A stretch of 64,000 nt of DNA from Aggregatilineales bacterium (GTDB taxonomy: Bacteria; Chloroflexota; Anaerolineae; Aggregatilineales; Phototrophicaceae): NCBI GenBank assembly GCA_038248285.1, contig JBBRTY010000001.1, positions 5,766 to 69,765 on the forward strand. The letters run 5' to 3'. The notes beneath the pieces are model-generated. The model saw only the letters and a list, made by a program, of their open reading frames with translations. It ran no database searches and had not been told where the DNA came from. Position 1 is the stretch's first letter. Every line of letters begins with the position of its first letter. Made by a program: the position numbers and the translations under genes. Positions 55,982-64,000 of the stretch are shown here, in pieces.

Positions 55982-56935
55982 ATGACGGTCTTTGCTAACG
56001 ATGATGGTTCAAAACGTATGGCATCTTCACAACCTTCCATTTTCAACGCATGGTATCGGGCGGCACGTCCGCGCACCCTCACGGCGACCTATGTGCCCTT
56101 GGGCGCGGCAGCAGCGCTGGCAATTCAGAATCGCGTCTTCAATGTGCCGTTATTCGTCCTCTCCTTGATCGCCGCCTTGTTGCTGCAAATTGCTGCCAAT
56201 TTGATCAACGAGTATTTTGACTTTCGGCGCGGTGCCGAAGACCTCAAACAAGCGGGGCAAGGCATGATCCTCAAACAAGGCTTGCTCACCCCCCGCCAAG
56301 TCTTGATCGGTGCCGTCGTGACCCTCGTGGCGGGGTCGCTCATCGGCTTATTCTTGCTCACCCAAAGTGGTCCGCTCTTGTTATGGATCGGCTTGGGGGG
56401 CGTCTTGGTCGTCATCGCCTACACCGCCGGCCCGTTCCCACTGGCATACAATGGCTTAGGTGAGGTCGCAGTGTTCATCTTCATGGGTCCTCTGATGGTC
56501 TTGGGTGCCTATTATGTGATGGCGGGTGCCTTTGACCCGCAACCCTTGATTGTGGGCGTGCCTATCGGCTTCATGGTCGCGGCGATCTTGCACGCCAACA
56601 ACGTCCGTGACATCGACGCTGACCGTGCCGTCAACAAACGCACCCTAGCCGTCTTGCTCGGTTTGCGCGCGGCACGCATCGAGTATCAGCTTTTGGTGGG
56701 CGGGGCATATGTCATGGTGGCGCTTCTCATCCTCGGCGGGGTCATGCCCATCACGACCTTAGTGGTCTTGCTCACCGTACCCGAAGCGCTCAAGCTGGTG
56801 GCGATCATCAACACCAGCCGCGATCAACAACTGTTGCACCAAGCACAGGGGCGTACCGCCAAGTTGCATGGCGAATTCGGGTTTTGGCTGGTGATCGGAT
56901 GGGCGGCGTGGCTGGCGCTCGATTTGTTTATTTAA
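55982..56935 (+). CDS. menA: 1,4-dihydroxy-2-naphthoate polyprenyltransferase (UbiA superfamily)
   Basis: WYRAARPRTLTATYVPLGAAAAL, NLINEYFDFRRG (the NxxxD/DxxxD-like first Asp-rich motif) and NNVRDIDADR (second motif). Start ambiguous (55982 or ATG 56018). Confidence 0.8.
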   Translation: MTVFANDDGSKRMASSQPSIFNAWYRAARPRTLTATYVPLGAAAALAIQNRVFNVPLFVLSLIAALLLQIAANLINEYFDFRRGAEDLKQAGQGMILKQGLLTPRQVLIGAVVTLVAGSLIGLFLLTQSGPLLLWIGLGGVLVVIAYTAGPFPLAYNGLGEVAVFIFMGPLMVLGAYYVMAGAFDPQPLIVGVPIGFMVAAILHANNVRDIDADRAVNKRTLAVLLGLRAARIEYQLLVGGAYVMVALLILGGVMPITTLVVLLTVPEALKLVAIINTSRDQQLLHQAQGRTAKLHGEFGFWLVIGWAAWLALDLFI

Positions 56936-56963
56936 CGGTGACACCCTATCTCTGAAGCAAAAT

Positions 56964-57004
56964 CAAAACGGCACAAGGGAAATTTCCCTTGTGCCGTTTT
57001 ATTC
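56964..57004. terminator. Bidirectional rho-independent terminator between menA (+) and the M20 amidohydrolase (-)
   Basis: Perfect 30-nt palindrome ACGGCACAAGGGAAA|TTTCCCTTGTGCCGT (56968-56997), flanked by AAAA on the left and TTTTATT on the right. Confidence 0.75.
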
Positions 57005-57031
57005 CGTTTTTTATCTTTTCTATCTTTGTCT

Positions 57032-58204
57032 TTAGCGCGTCAGCAACCGCAGTGCAGTTTCGGCAAGCAGCGCCGCGCCATCTTTGAAGACACCCTCTGC
57101 CAAATCAAAATGGGGGTTGTGATGGGGGCGATTGGTATCATCCAGCTTGGCACCCAACATAAACATCATGCCGGGGGCGCGTTGCAACATATAGCTAAAA
57201 TCTTCCCCGCCCATGCTAGGGGACTGCTGCACCACACGATCCGCGCCAAACAACTCAATCGCTGTCTCGCGCACAATCTCGGTGATCGTCGGGTCGTTAT
57301 AGCTCGACAGGCAGCCCTTCTTTAGCACAAACTTGTAATCGCCGCCAAACGCCCGCGCCACTGCAAAGGCATTTTCGACCTCTGTCCACAACCGTTCGCG
57401 CGTCGCGCCATCATAACTGCGGATGGTACCGCTCATCGTCACCTCGTCGGCGATGATGTTCTCTGCCGTGCCGCCATGAAGCCGCCCAATCGTGACCACC
57501 GCCGGCTGAATCGGGTCAATACGACGGGCAACCACCCCTTGAATCGCGTTGATGACCTGCGCCGCAATGAAAATGGCGTCCACCCCTGTATCGGGATGTG
57601 CGCCATGAGTCGCCCTGCCGATAATTGTGCCAAAAAAGTTATCAGCGGCTGCGGTGGTAAAGCCCGCTTTAATGTCGATCTTGCCCGCCTCTAGTTCGCT
57701 GTCGACGTGCAGCGCGATCACATGATCGACGCCCTCCAAAACGCCTTCCTCGACCATCCGCTTGGCACCGCTCTTGCCTTCAGCGTCTTCGGTCTCTTCG
57801 CACGGTTGGAAGAAAAAACGAATCTGTCCGGGCGGACGATTCGGCATCTCGGTCAGCATTCGCGCTACGCCCAACAAGATGGCGGTATGCGAATCATGTC
57901 CGCAAGCGTGCATCACACCGGCGTTCTGAGACGCATACCCCACCGCGTTGGCTTCAAGGATCGGCAGCGCATCCATATCAGCACGAATGCCAATCACCCG
58001 CTCGCCCTCTCCCAAAATACCGACCACCCCCGTTTTGCCAACACCGGTCATCACCTCTAAGCCCATCGCCGTCAGTTCTTTGGCGACGACCCCCGCCGTA
58101 CGAAATTCTTGAAATCCAAGTTCTGGGTGCTGATGAAAATCTCGTCGCCACGCGATAATATTTTCTTCCAGCTCAGCGGCACGCTCAATGGTATTAAAGG
58201 TCAT
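57032..58204 (-). CDS. M20-family amidohydrolase (N-acyl-L-amino-acid amidohydrolase / hippurate-hydrolase-like)
   Basis: WRRDFHQHPELGFQE, IRADMDALP, HACGHDSH, FQPCEE and a C-terminal HHNPHFD match the Ama/HipO/HyuC subgroup. Confidence 0.85.
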   Translation of the reverse strand: MTFNTIERAAELEENIIAWRRDFHQHPELGFQEFRTAGVVAKELTAMGLEVMTGVGKTGVVGILGEGERVIGIRADMDALPILEANAVGYASQNAGVMHACGHDSHTAILLGVARMLTEMPNRPPGQIRFFFQPCEETEDAEGKSGAKRMVEEGVLEGVDHVIALHVDSELEAGKIDIKAGFTTAAADNFFGTIIGRATHGAHPDTGVDAIFIAAQVINAIQGVVARRIDPIQPAVVTIGRLHGGTAENIIADEVTMSGTIRSYDGATRERLWTEVENAFAVARAFGGDYKFVLKKGCLSSYNDPTITEIVRETAIELFGADRVVQQSPSMGGEDFSYMLQRAPGMMFMLGAKLDDTNRPHHNPHFDLAEGVFKDGAALLAETALRLLTR

Positions 58205-58278
58205 GGCTCTTCTATCCTTTGGTACTAGAGACTTGTGCTAAAATTCCCGCCATTATAGAGTGTCGAGTGAGATAAATC

Positions 58279-59418
58279 ATGGTTGACCTGATTGTGATCG
58301 GGGCGGGTGCCATCGGTAGCGCCACCGCGTTTCAAGCCGCCCGCGCGGGTGCCAGCGTTTTACTGTTAGAACAATATGCAATTGATCACCAACGGGGAAG
58401 TTCTCACGGCGGATCGCGTATCATCCGCTATGTCTATGACCACCCCATTTATGTCCGTCTGGCGCGCGCTTCGTTCGCGGCTTGGCGGGATCTTGAAGCT
58501 GAAACCGGCGAGACTTTCTACATTCGCACGGGCGGTATCGATTTTGCCCCGCCGGATGAACCCCTCTTTACCCTGATGCGCCAAACGCTGACGGCGACCG
58601 GCATCCCCCATGAACTCTGGTCGAGCGCCGAAACCATGCAGCGCTTCCCACAGTTTCACCTTGAGCAGGACACCCAAGTATTGTATCAGGCAGATACCGG
58701 CATCCTACGCGCTTCCAAAGCGGTGCGGGCATTCGTGCGCTTGGCACAAACTGGCGGCGTAATGGTCAAGGAAAATAGCCCTGTAACCAATATTGCCGTC
58801 CATCCCGACTCGGTCACTGTCACCGCCGGGGGCGAACAATTCGAGGGCGCACGGTTGGTCTTGGCGGCGGGTGGCTGGATGTCGCAGTGGCTAGAGCCGA
58901 TGGGCATCAGCCTCCCGCTCCAACCCGTCGCTGCCCAAGAAAACTATTTTGACGTGAAGTCGTCCGAAGCCTTCACGCCGGAACGTTTCCCAGTCTGGAT
59001 GGGGCACCTGCAACACCACTATGGAGAAATCCTCTACGGAATGCCAGACATCGACGGCTATGGCATCAAAATTGGACGACATGGCGGACCCCCGATGGAT
59101 CCCGACAGTTCCGACCGTACCCCCGACGCCCAGTTGATGGCAACGTTGAACGCATTCGCCGATCAGTATTTTCCGGGTGCCCAAGCCACCCCCAAGTCTT
59201 CACGCGCCTGCATTTATACCAACACGCCCGACGGACATTTTGTGATCGACACCCATCCCGAACATGCCCATGTGACCATTACCTCCTGTTGTTCAGGGCA
59301 CGGCTTCAAATTTAGTCCGGCATTGGGGCAAATCATTAGCAATCTTGCCCTCACCGGAAAGCACGATCCCGATAACAAATTATTCCGCATGGATCGCTTC
59401 TCAACAGCTATTTTGTAG
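58279..59418 (+). CDS. Monomeric sarcosine oxidase / N-methyl-L-tryptophan oxidase-like flavoprotein
   Basis: FAD dinucleotide fold DLIVIGAGAIGSATAFQAARAG, and CCSGHGFKF near the C-terminus (the covalent-FAD Cys context of the MSOX/SolA family). Confidence 0.8.
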   Translation: MVDLIVIGAGAIGSATAFQAARAGASVLLLEQYAIDHQRGSSHGGSRIIRYVYDHPIYVRLARASFAAWRDLEAETGETFYIRTGGIDFAPPDEPLFTLMRQTLTATGIPHELWSSAETMQRFPQFHLEQDTQVLYQADTGILRASKAVRAFVRLAQTGGVMVKENSPVTNIAVHPDSVTVTAGGEQFEGARLVLAAGGWMSQWLEPMGISLPLQPVAAQENYFDVKSSEAFTPERFPVWMGHLQHHYGEILYGMPDIDGYGIKIGRHGGPPMDPDSSDRTPDAQLMATLNAFADQYFPGAQATPKSSRACIYTNTPDGHFVIDTHPEHAHVTITSCCSGHGFKFSPALGQIISNLALTGKHDPDNKLFRMDRFSTAIL

Positions 59419-59498
59419 GGGGATGCGCCCCATTGAAATCATCCGTATTCCTCAATCTCTGATTTTTTCCTAGCGCCTGATCCCTAAAAGGAGCCTTC

Positions 59499-60656
59499 AT
59501 GACTTTTCTACCCAACGATCCCGCCAGTCTGCGCTCATACTATCTGCTTGACCCCGCCGTCACCTTTCTCAATCACGGTTCCTTTGGAGCCTGCCCCATC
59601 CCCGTTTTTCAAACCTATCAGCAATGGCAACTGGAGCTAGAGCGCCAGCCCGTACAATTCATGAAATATCGCATTAATCCCTTGCTCGCCGAAGCCCGCG
59701 ATCTCGTTGCCGCTTACGTCAACGCGCCCAGCGAAGATTGCGTTTTCGTGCCCAACGCCACCGCTGGCGTCCATATCGCCTCCCATTCCCTGTCCCATAT
59801 CTTGCAACCGGGGGATGAAGTCCTGACCAGCACGCACGAATACGGCGTCTGCTTGACCATTTGGCAAGATGTCTGTGATCGCGTCGGCGCACGGCTGGTG
59901 CGCGTCACGCCCGAACTGCCTTACGTGTCGGACGAAACCTTCATCGAAGCCTTTTGGGAGCATGTCACCCCGCGCACTAAAGTGATCTTCTTGAGCCATA
60001 TCACATCAGCCACAGCGCTCACCTTCCCAGTCCAAGCCATTTGCGCCCGTGCCCGCGCCGAAGGCATCCTCACGCTGATCGATGGTGCCCACGCCCCCGG
60101 TCAAATCCCGCTCGACATCACCGCCATTGATCCTGATTATTATGGCGGCAATTGTCATAAGTGGATGTGTGCCCCCAAAGGCTCAGGCTTCTTGTACGTC
60201 CGCAAAGATCGCCAAACCAACATTCGTCCGCTCTACCTCTCATGGGGTTGGCGTGACGACGCAGATTTCACGACCCGCTTTCATGAACAAGGCACCCGTG
60301 ACCCTGCCTCGTTCTTAAGCATTCCGGCAGCCCTCACCTTCATGCGCGAACACGACTGGGCAGTCGTCCAAGCCCGCAGCCACGCTTTGGCGCAAGCCAC
60401 CCGTCAGAAGATTCATGACATTTTCGGGATGACGGCGATCACCCCATCGACCATGCCCGGTCAGATGACCTCGATCAGCCTGCCTAATAAAATGGGTGCC
60501 GAGAAGCTGAAAGAAGTCCTCTACGATACCTGCCAGATCGAAATCCCCGTACTCGAATTTGAAGGGCAACTCTACGCGCGGGTGTCGATTCAAGGCTATA
60601 ACACCGAAGAAGATGCTCAAAAGCTGGTGGATGCGCTGGAGGAAATTCTTGCCTGA
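59499..60656 (+). CDS. Class-V-fold PLP-dependent enzyme (isopenicillin-N-epimerase / cysteine-desulfurase-like)
   Basis: FLNHGSFGACP, IDGAHAPGQIPLD and GNCHKWMCAPKGSGFLYV (PLP-Lys context). Confidence 0.75.
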   Translation: MTFLPNDPASLRSYYLLDPAVTFLNHGSFGACPIPVFQTYQQWQLELERQPVQFMKYRINPLLAEARDLVAAYVNAPSEDCVFVPNATAGVHIASHSLSHILQPGDEVLTSTHEYGVCLTIWQDVCDRVGARLVRVTPELPYVSDETFIEAFWEHVTPRTKVIFLSHITSATALTFPVQAICARARAEGILTLIDGAHAPGQIPLDITAIDPDYYGGNCHKWMCAPKGSGFLYVRKDRQTNIRPLYLSWGWRDDADFTTRFHEQGTRDPASFLSIPAALTFMREHDWAVVQARSHALAQATRQKIHDIFGMTAITPSTMPGQMTSISLPNKMGAEKLKEVLYDTCQIEIPVLEFEGQLYARVSIQGYNTEEDAQKLVDALEEILA

Positions 60657-60657
60657 T

Positions 60658-61836
60658 ATGCTCGCTATCGTTGAGATCATTGCCCGTATTCTGATCTTCC
60701 TGATCGGCAGTTATATCATTGTCGAGGTCGTCAGCGCGGCGATTCGCACCTTCGTCTTGCCACGCAGTGTCTTCGTCGCCTTGACGGGTGTCGTCTTTCG
60801 CTTGACGTATGCCCTATTTCGATTTCGCGCCAGCAAGAAAGCATCTTATGAAGAGCGCGACGCGATCATGGCATTATTCGCGCCTATTGCGCTGCTGATG
60901 CAACCGGTCGTGTGGATAGTCTTGATCATCATCGGCTATACTTTGATTTTCTGGGCGACCACCACCATCTCATTGTATGACGCCTTTAGTCTCAGCGGTT
61001 CATCGCTGCTGACACTCGGCTTCACCAAATCTGAAGGGGTCGGGTCGTTGATCGTCGAGTTCTCGGCATCTGTGTTGGGGTTGACGATGGTCGCGTTGCT
61101 CATTGCCTATCTGCCCACCATGTATGCCGCTTTCTCCAAGCGGGAAACACTGGTCACCATGCTGGAAACGCGCGCGGGTTCCCCACCCTCTCCCGTAGAC
61201 ATGTTCATTCGGGTCAACGATATTCGCGGATTAGAGGCGATCAATGCCATGTGGGAACCGTGGGAAGTTTGGTTTGCCGAGGTTGATGAAACCCATACCT
61301 CGCTGGTGGCGTTGGTCTTTTTTCGCTCGCCCGACCCCCACCGCTCGTGGATCACCGCTGGCGGGGTCATGCTCGACACGGCCTCACTCATGATTTCGGC
61401 AGTGGATGTCGAAGTTTCACCCAATGCCCAGCTCATGATTCGTGCGGGCTACATCGCCTTGCGCCATATCGCAGATTATTTCTCGATTGACTATGATGCC
61501 AATCCCAAGTCTGATGACCCGATCAGCATCTCAAAATTTGAATTTCATGAAGCCTTAAATCAACTGGCAGCCGCCGGGGTGCCTCTCAAAGCTGATCGCG
61601 AACAGGCATGGCGTGATTACTCCGGGTGGCGCGTCAATTATGATCGCCCCTTGTTAGCATTGGCAGCCCTTACGATGGCACCCTATGCCCCGTGGGTCAG
61701 CGACCGTTCCCTACCCCATATCTTTCAGGTCGAGACCCCAAACGCAGCCGGCATCACCAGTTCGCTGGTGCGCCGCGTACTCCGCCGTAAGCAAGCCCTG
61801 CCCCAAGGCAATAGCGACAACCGCCGCAAACTATAA
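60658..61836 (+). CDS. Membrane protein of unknown function (4-5 N-terminal TM helices plus soluble C-domain)
   Basis: Start placed at ATG 60658 (MLAIVEIIARILIFLIGSYIIVEV), 1 nt after the upstream TGA. The ORF-track start lies inside the preceding gene. I recognise no family motif. Confidence 0.5.
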   Translation: MLAIVEIIARILIFLIGSYIIVEVVSAAIRTFVLPRSVFVALTGVVFRLTYALFRFRASKKASYEERDAIMALFAPIALLMQPVVWIVLIIIGYTLIFWATTTISLYDAFSLSGSSLLTLGFTKSEGVGSLIVEFSASVLGLTMVALLIAYLPTMYAAFSKRETLVTMLETRAGSPPSPVDMFIRVNDIRGLEAINAMWEPWEVWFAEVDETHTSLVALVFFRSPDPHRSWITAGGVMLDTASLMISAVDVEVSPNAQLMIRAGYIALRHIADYFSIDYDANPKSDDPISISKFEFHEALNQLAAAGVPLKADREQAWRDYSGWRVNYDRPLLALAALTMAPYAPWVSDRSLPHIFQVETPNAAGITSSLVRRVLRRKQALPQGNSDNRRKL

Positions 61837-61874
61837 AAGCAACACGGACTCCAATGTGGAGTCCGTGTTGCTTT
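61836..61874. terminator. Bidirectional terminator between convergent genes
   Basis: AAAGCAACACGGACTCC (61836-61852), loop AATGT, GGAGTCCGTGTTGCTTT (61858-61874). The 17-bp stem is perfect and includes the A/T arms. Confidence 0.7.
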
Positions 61875-61925
61875 GGGATATCAATCAGAGGGATACGCAC
61901 CAGTGCGTATCCGCCACAATCATGT

Positions 61926-64000
61926 TTATTGCAAGTTCTGATCCAGCGCCACGAACACACTGGTCGAGCGTCCGGGGATCGTGAAGGTGCCAGTGGCGGG
62001 GTCAAATGACGACCCGCGCACCCGTTCATCTGCTGATATCACCTGTACTTGATGCAAGCCCAACGGGAAGCCCACAAGATCATCTACGGTGTAAGTCACG
62101 CTATCAGGTGACGCATTGAACAATACCAAGACAACCGAATAAATGGGGTCAATGCTGGCACCGACAGTATCGTTCAATTCCATCACGATCAAGCCGGGGA
62201 TTTGATCCACCCCCGTGTTGTGGAAACGAACCACTTGCGACACCTGCTCCGCCGTTTGTAAACGGAACAAGAGCGAACTTCGGCGAATGGTCAACATTTC
62301 CTCGAAGTGTGCGATTGATCCTTCAATATCCGCTTGCGACGGGCTAAGGTCGGGATTTGCCAGCAAGGGCGACCACAGAGTCCAGTTATCGCGATTCTTG
62401 TCGGCAATCGGCAACCCACGCCCCCACCCATTATCTTGATAGCTGAAGTCCAAGAAATTGAACCAGTCGCCGCTGTTATAGCTGTCTTTATCGCCCGACT
62501 TCGAGCGCAACATGTCCATGCCCGCGTGGAAGAAGGGCACACCTTGCGAAAGCGCCGTCAAACTGACGCCCAGATTGTGCATACGGATTCGCTCAGAGAG
62601 CGGCAAGTCCGTCGGGGCTTTCGTCTGTATAACATCGAAGAAGGTTTCATTGTCGTGCGCTTCGATATAGACAATGTGTTCCTGCGGATCCAGCGTGTAG
62701 CCGGTCGGCGCGCCGTTGTACTCAATGTCGGCCCCTGTCACCGTATCCCCGTACTGATTGACGAGCGCATAATCGCGCAGGTTGCCCGCCAATGCGACTC
62801 GAATTTGATCGGTCATCAAGAGCAAGCGTTCCAATTGTTCCGCCGGAGTGCGGGTTTCCACTTCGTTAGGCTGAACATACAACCCTGTCGCGAAGCCTTG
62901 TTCTTGCAAACCACCAAACGGATTGCCGCCGCGCACCGCATCACGCACACGGTCGTTAAAGGTGCCGATACCGGTACCGCCCATATTCAGTTGGGTGGCA
63001 TTGATACCGCGAGCGTTATCAGCAACCTCACCAAAGTTCCAGCCTTCGCCATAGACATAAATTTGCGAACCATCCACGCCATCGGCATCCACCGTCAAGC
63101 CATCCAACAGCGCCCGTACTGCTTCCATATCCGAAAGCATGTGGTGCCCCATCAAGTCGAAACGGAAACCATCGATCTTATAGGCGGTCGCCCATGTCCG
63201 CAGCGAGTCGAGCATCAAGCGCCCCATCATTGCATGTTCGGTGGCGGTGTTAGAACAGCATGTGCTGGTCTCCACCCGCCCATCCAAGTTCAGACGGTGA
63301 TAGTATCCGGGGACGATCCGATCCAATACTGATTTTTCGTTCTGTCCGCTGGCGTTAGTATGGTTGTACACCACATCCATCACCACGCGCAAACCATTTT
63401 CATTGAGCGCTTGCACCATCTGACGGAATTCGACAATGCGATTGGCGGCATAAGGCGCGGTGCTGTAACTGCCTTCAGGCACCGTATAATGCAGCGGGTC
63501 ATAGCCCCAATTGAAGCCATCACGATCCCGCACACTGTTGACCAACTCTTGTTGTTCGGTGCCATCCGGCGCAAATAGCGCCATCGCAGCGGGCGCAATC
63601 GCGGTACGATCCGCTGGGTCTTCTTGGATCGTCGCGATATCAAATACGGGCAACAAATGGATATGTGTCAAACCGGCTTCTGCCAAATTCCGCAAATGGG
63701 TCATGCCATTGGAAGTCGTATCCGTGAACGCCAAATAGGTGCCGCGATGTTCGGCAGGGACCGACGCATCATGAATGCTGAAATCGCGCACATGCAGTTC
63801 ATACAACACAATATCTTCGGGCGCTGCCAATGCGGGTTTGGTGACGCTTGCCCAGCCTTCGGGCATCGTCGCCGCGTCATTCAAATCGATGATCAAGCTC
63901 CGTTGGCTATCGACCGCCAGCCCAAAGGAGTAGGGATCCGTCACCATGTTCGTGACCACCTGTCCGACAGACGGCGCATACACGGTCACTTCAAACAGAT
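61926..64000 (-). CDS. pulA: Pullulanase-type alpha-1,6-glucosidase (GH13), 5' end outside the window
   Basis: GH13 blocks are [30 protein letters not shown] and [13 protein letters not shown]. The frame remains open upstream of the ORF-track start (..[10 protein letters not shown]) through position 64000. Confidence 0.85.
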   Translation of the reverse strand, partial: LFEVTVYAPSVGQVVTNMVTDPYSFGLAVDSQRSLIIDLNDAATMPEGWASVTKPALAAPEDIVLYELHVRDFSIHDASVPAEHRGTYLAFTDTTSNGMTHLRNLAEAGLTHIHLLPVFDIATIQEDPADRTAIAPAAMALFAPDGTEQQELVNSVRDRDGFNWGYDPLHYTVPEGSYSTAPYAANRIVEFRQMVQALNENGLRVVMDVVYNHTNASGQNEKSVLDRIVPGYYHRLNLDGRVETSTCCSNTATEHAMMGRLMLDSLRTWATAYKIDGFRFDLMGHHMLSDMEAVRALLDGLTVDADGVDGSQIYVYGEGWNFGEVADNARGINATQLNMGGTGIGTFNDRVRDAVRGGNPFGGLQEQGFATGLYVQPNEVETRTPAEQLERLLLMTDQIRVALAGNLRDYALVNQYGDTVTGADIEYNGAPTGYTLDPQEHIVYIEAHDNETFFDVIQTKAPTDLPLSERIRMHNLGVSLTALSQGVPFFHAGMDMLRSKSGDKDSYNSGDWFNFLDFSYQDNGWGRGLPIADKNRDNWTLWSPLLANPDLSPSQADIEGSIAHFEEMLTIRRSSLLFRLQTAEQVSQVVRFHNTGVDQIPGLIVMELNDTVGASIDPIYSVVLVLFNASPDSVTYTVDDLVGFPLGLHQVQVISADERVRGSSFDPATGTFTIPGRSTSVFVALDQNLQ

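Noticed and set aside
62334-63332. 332-aa ORF on the plus strand.
   Set aside because: It is antisense to the GH13 pullulanase gene. The translation is Arg/His/Ile-rich nonsense with no motifs.
1-64000. CRISPR arrays, tRNA, rRNA and tmRNA genes, or known riboswitches.
   Set aside because: I saw no regularly spaced direct repeats, no tRNA-like T-arm (GGTTCGAATCC-type) in intergenic regions, and no long non-coding gaps compatible with rRNA. A covariance-model scan (tRNAscan-SE, Infernal/Rfam) would be needed for certainty.

Overview
This is a 64-kb chromosomal segment from a moderately GC-rich bacterium. Gene content suggests a Chloroflexota-like or other terrabacterial lineage, but that is low-confidence inference. 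I support about 55 protein-coding genes and found no rRNA, tRNA or CRISPR array.

Layout:
- 1-4.5 kb: two divergently transcribed secreted repeat proteins. The minus-strand one is missing from the ORF track because it runs off the window.
- 4.6-8.4 kb: a compact lasso-peptide-like RiPP cassette. It has a PqqD/RRE protein, a 105-codon precursor with a textbook YxxPxLxxxGxxxxxTx leader, an HPr-kinase-like protein and an Asn-synthetase-like cyclase. There is no B2 leader peptidase, and the predicted core is about 80 residues.
- 8.4-16.4 kb: an exopolysaccharide locus with a Wzz/tyrosine autokinase, a CapD-like dehydratase, DUF4012, galE and rfbC.
- 16.5-21.1 kb: a YkgJ Cys-cluster protein, a transporter-like membrane protein, and a translationally coupled Cache/HAMP protein plus ATP-grasp pair.
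- 21.2-30.7 kb: a minus-strand run of three different ATP-grasp ligases, an apparently cytoplasmic S8 subtilase, an esterase and a heterodimeric ABC exporter. I do not recognise this combination as any characterised pathway.
- 31-38.5 kb: an ICMT-like methyltransferase, an alpha/beta hydrolase, a Liv-type amino-acid ABC importer and a globin.
- 38.8-40.6 kb: an alkaline phosphatase interrupted by a single in-frame TAG.
- 40.7-43.9 kb: a coupled lipoprotein, MacB-type ABC and TlpA operon.
- 44.0-45.1 kb: a TnpB-like gene with an in-frame deletion of the RuvC-II region, and a 147-bp MITE-like insertion directly after its stop codon.
- 45.1-64 kb: housekeeping genes, namely a CE7 esterase, sucAB, a VOC protein, purU, recD2, malQ, menA, an M20 amidohydrolase, a sarcosine-oxidase-like protein, a class-V PLP enzyme, a membrane protein and a partial pullulanase.

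Several ORF-track starts look over-extended, and I give SD-supported internal starts instead. All homology calls rest on motifs read by eye. No database search was run.
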